From positions 31,057-95,056 of the forward strand of contig JAJDTP010000012.1 of NCBI GenBank assembly GCA_022827095.1: 64,000 nucleotides of DNA, in the 5' to 3' direction. Shown here piece by piece: positions 62,057-64,000 of the stretch (positions within the stretch are counted from its first letter, which is position 1; every line of letters starts with the position of its first letter). Made by a program: the position numbers and the translations under genes. Below the pieces are notes generated by a model. It was not told the DNA's origin. It searched no databases and worked only from the letters and a program-made list of their open reading frames with translations. The stretch is from Dehalococcoidia bacterium (GTDB lineage: Bacteria > Chloroflexota > Dehalococcoidia > Lucifugimonadales > UBA3495).

Positions 62057-62434
62057 ATGGTCGGCCAGGCCGCTGCCTTCATCGGTGCGCAAGTCATACC
62101 CCCTACCATATCCGGCATTCGGGATTACTTCTGCGCTATGCAGGAGGAAAACACCAAACGCCAGGCCATCGCCGCTAACCGCGATGTCTTGATTGTTCGC
62201 ATCACGGCGGAGAAAGAGGCTATCCTAGCGTACTTCAGTCAGCGGTTCGCCGAGTGCCGCGCCGCGCTGGATGAATTTTTCGAGCTGCTGCGCCACGCTG
62301 TTGACAGTCGTGACAACCACCAGTTGAACGTTGCCCTGGCCGGCATCCTCGGCATCATTCAGGATAATCCGCTGGATGACTTCGAAACCTTCAAGCAGCA
62401 GTTCCATGACCCGGATTACACCATTGAAATCTGA
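62057..62434 (+). CDS. hypothetical protein (hydrophobic N-terminal helix + helical body)
   Basis: A GAGGAGA SD lies 7 nt before ATG 62057. The sequence is MVGQAAAFIGAQVIPPTISGI... and the region has lower G+C. No family was recognised. Confidence 0.5.
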   Translation: MVGQAAAFIGAQVIPPTISGIRDYFCAMQEENTKRQAIAANRDVLIVRITAEKEAILAYFSQRFAECRAALDEFFELLRHAVDSRDNHQLNVALAGILGIIQDNPLDDFETFKQQFHDPDYTIEI

Positions 62435-62476
62435 CGACCTGCCAGGCGCTTCGCACACCACACCGATGACAAGACT

Positions 62477-63487
62477 ATGCCATTGCCATTCATACCTATC
62501 GTTATTATAGGCGGTGCGGCCCTCTTGACCGGGGGTGGACTGACCCTCAATGCTCAAAGCAAAATCAAAAAAGCGAAAGCCGAGCACGAAGCGACCTACA
62601 GCGACTACAAGGTGAAGTACGACAATTACACGGTTTACTACGCCGGCACCGAGAAACGTCTGCAAGAAGTGGGGCAGGTTCGGGCAGACGGAATGCAAGC
62701 CGTCCGCGAGGCCATCGACTTCATCCGCAAAGCCAGGCTGGTTAATCCCAATATCATCAGCGACGCTGATTTCAGCATTCAGGATTTGGAGAGTCTCGAT
62801 CAAGCCTACGGAGATATACTCAAAATCTTGGGCGGTGCCGGTTCCAGTCTGGCCGGTGGCGTCGGAGCTGGAGCGTTGACCGCGTTGGGAGCGCATGGCG
62901 CAGTAGCGGCATTTGGCACTGCATCAACTGGCGCGGCAATTGGCAGTTTGAGCGGCGCCGCTGCCAGCAGCGCAACTCTAGCCTGGTTCGGCGGCGGAGC
63001 GTTGGCCGCAGGCGGGCTAGGCATTGCCGGCGGAACCGCTGTTCTCGGTGGCATTGTCGCCGCTCCTGCAATCATTGGTTTCGGAGTATTCCGACAAGTG
63101 AAAGCCGGTCAGGTACAGAAAGAAGCTGCCGAGAAAATCCGGAAAATCAAGGTGAACGAAGCCGAAATCGGCCGGGACCAAGCGAAGCTGCGAGCCGTAC
63201 GCGAACGTTGCTGCGAAGTACAACGAGCAGGGCACGAACTTACCGAGCAGCTCAAAATTGCCTTGCACAACGCCAGCCCTAACATAGCCGAAGATGTTTA
63301 TCGCATCGTCCAAATCGCCAAGGCTCTGCGCGCCGTTATTGACGAATCTGTGATCCCGGCCAATCAGCAAAGCTCTACACGCTCTCAGCGCTCAAATGGT
63401 AGCCTCACCATCAAGACTTGCGCCGTTGCGGGCTGTCGCCGCCAAGCTAGCGTGGGCCGCCATTGTACTGGGCATCGCCAGAGTTGA
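62477..63487 (+). CDS. glycine-zipper/coiled-coil membrane protein with C-terminal Cys/His knuckle, uncharacterised
   Basis: It has an N-terminal TM helix (IPIVIIGGAALLTGGGL). A charged helical segment of about 100 aa follows, then an 80-aa Gly/Ala-rich hydrophobic block, then a second coiled-coil segment. The tail is CAVAGC..HCTGH. No clear SD is present. Confidence 0.55.
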   Translation: MPLPFIPIVIIGGAALLTGGGLTLNAQSKIKKAKAEHEATYSDYKVKYDNYTVYYAGTEKRLQEVGQVRADGMQAVREAIDFIRKARLVNPNIISDADFSIQDLESLDQAYGDILKILGGAGSSLAGGVGAGALTALGAHGAVAAFGTASTGAAIGSLSGAAASSATLAWFGGGALAAGGLGIAGGTAVLGGIVAAPAIIGFGVFRQVKAGQVQKEAAEKIRKIKVNEAEIGRDQAKLRAVRERCCEVQRAGHELTEQLKIALHNASPNIAEDVYRIVQIAKALRAVIDESVIPANQQSSTRSQRSNGSLTIKTCAVAGCRRQASVGRHCTGHRQS

Positions 63488-63578
63488 CGCCATCTGCGGC
63501 GTTTGTCCCAACCCTGAATCTCTCGCTCACGGCGGAGACGGCCTCGCTAGCCGTTCTACTGCGTCCATGGAGGAATAA

Positions 63579-63932
63579 GTGACTACTTCAGACCCCGTCG
63601 ATCTGAAAGCCGACAGTCAGACGCTGTCCGACTGGGCAGAGTTCGAGCGGCTCGCTGACGAGTGGGAACGGGAACGACCCCGTGGCGTGGATATCGAGCA
63701 GATGACATCGCACCCGGCTTACCAGCAAATTATTGACATGGGAACGCCGGCTGTACCGTGGCTGCTGCAGAGGCTGGAGCAGCGTCCGGGCCATTGGTTT
63801 GCGGCCCTGAACCGGATAACCGGTGCGCATCCGGTGACGCCGGAAAGCCTCGGCCGTTTCAAAGATATGACTGCCGCCTGGCTGGAGTGGGGCCGACAGC
63901 AGGGATATGACTGGCAATCGGATGTGGATTGA
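63579..63932 (+). CDS. small hypothetical protein
   Basis: A GGAGGA SD lies 5 nt before GTG 63579. It is 117 aa and contains HPAYQQIIDMG...GHWFAALNRITG. No family name is known to me. Confidence 0.5.
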   Translation: MTTSDPVDLKADSQTLSDWAEFERLADEWERERPRGVDIEQMTSHPAYQQIIDMGTPAVPWLLQRLEQRPGHWFAALNRITGAHPVTPESLGRFKDMTAAWLEWGRQQGYDWQSDVD

Positions 63933-64000
63933 CGAACAGCTTCCCCGTCTTGCCTCCGTGGGCTACGAGGTAACCAGCGAACCGACTGACGAGTACAACT
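63907..64000 (+). CDS. hypothetical protein, 5' fragment running off the right edge
   Basis: The open frame overlaps the previous gene's end. The start is ATG 63907 or ATG 63922 (MWIDEQLPRLASVGYEVTSEPTDEYN...). Confidence 0.35.
   Translation, partial: MTGNRMWIDEQLPRLASVGYEVTSEPTDEYN

Noticed and set aside
62057-62560. Bell/HeLo-like domain plus amyloid signalling motif (BASS) pair
   Set aside because: The N-terminal small-residue helix of the 125-aa ORF superficially resembles HeLo/Bell N-termini. However, no shared short motif links its C-terminus to the N-terminus of the next protein, and no NLR-type gene is present.
1-64000. CRISPR arrays, tRNA/rRNA genes, transposases, integrases, prophage structural genes
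   Set aside because: No regularly spaced direct repeats, cloverleaf-like sequences in spacers, or recombinase/transposase motifs were seen in any frame. tRNAscan/Infernal was not run, so small RNAs cannot be fully excluded.

Overview
This is a high-G+C, densely coding chromosomal segment with about 70 protein genes on both strands, many separated by 1-4 nt overlaps or short gaps. It appears to come from an aerobic heterotrophic bacterium. The gene content (paired family III CoA-transferases, a thiolase/DUF35 pair, an F420-dependent reductase, a caa3-type oxidase, ComEA/ComEC) and the style of the intergenic palindromes are reminiscent of Chloroflexota-type metagenome bins, but that is inference only.

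Most of the window is core metabolism and housekeeping:
- The gyrA 3' end, trpS, lysS, serS, cmk and plsC.
- A dapB-asd-dapA lysine-branch cluster.
- A ctaA-ctaB / ctaC-D-E-F haem-copper oxidase locus.
- comEA-comEC.
- A NuoE/NuoF-like diaphorase pair.
- An OmpR-type two-component system.
- A molybdopterin (XDH-family) large subunit.
- Many hydrolases and oxidoreductases.

I saw no rRNA, tRNA, CRISPR array, transposase or integrase.

Features that stand out from this background:
1. A 744-aa multidomain TrpRS-like paralog lies directly upstream of canonical trpS. It has an intact HIGH motif, a degenerate KMSKS, an Fe-S-type four-Cys motif and a chorismate-mutase-like segment. Two SD-preceded microprotein ORFs are translationally coupled to it.
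2. Three visibly more A/T-rich single-gene insertions sit among housekeeping genes. They encode a solitary TIR-domain protein, a solitary long NYN/LabA-like nuclease and a Uma2-family endonuclease.
3. A lower-G+C accessory cluster at the right edge contains a 336-aa glycine-zipper/coiled-coil membrane protein and small unrecognised ORFs.
4. A family of four near-identical 26-30 nt GC-rich palindromes (TAGGGGCGAAT-N4-ATTCGCCCCTA) occurs at gene ends, plus a separate 110-nt element with 12-nt perfect terminal inverted repeats.

All functional calls come from reading motifs in the supplied translations. No database search or computation was run.
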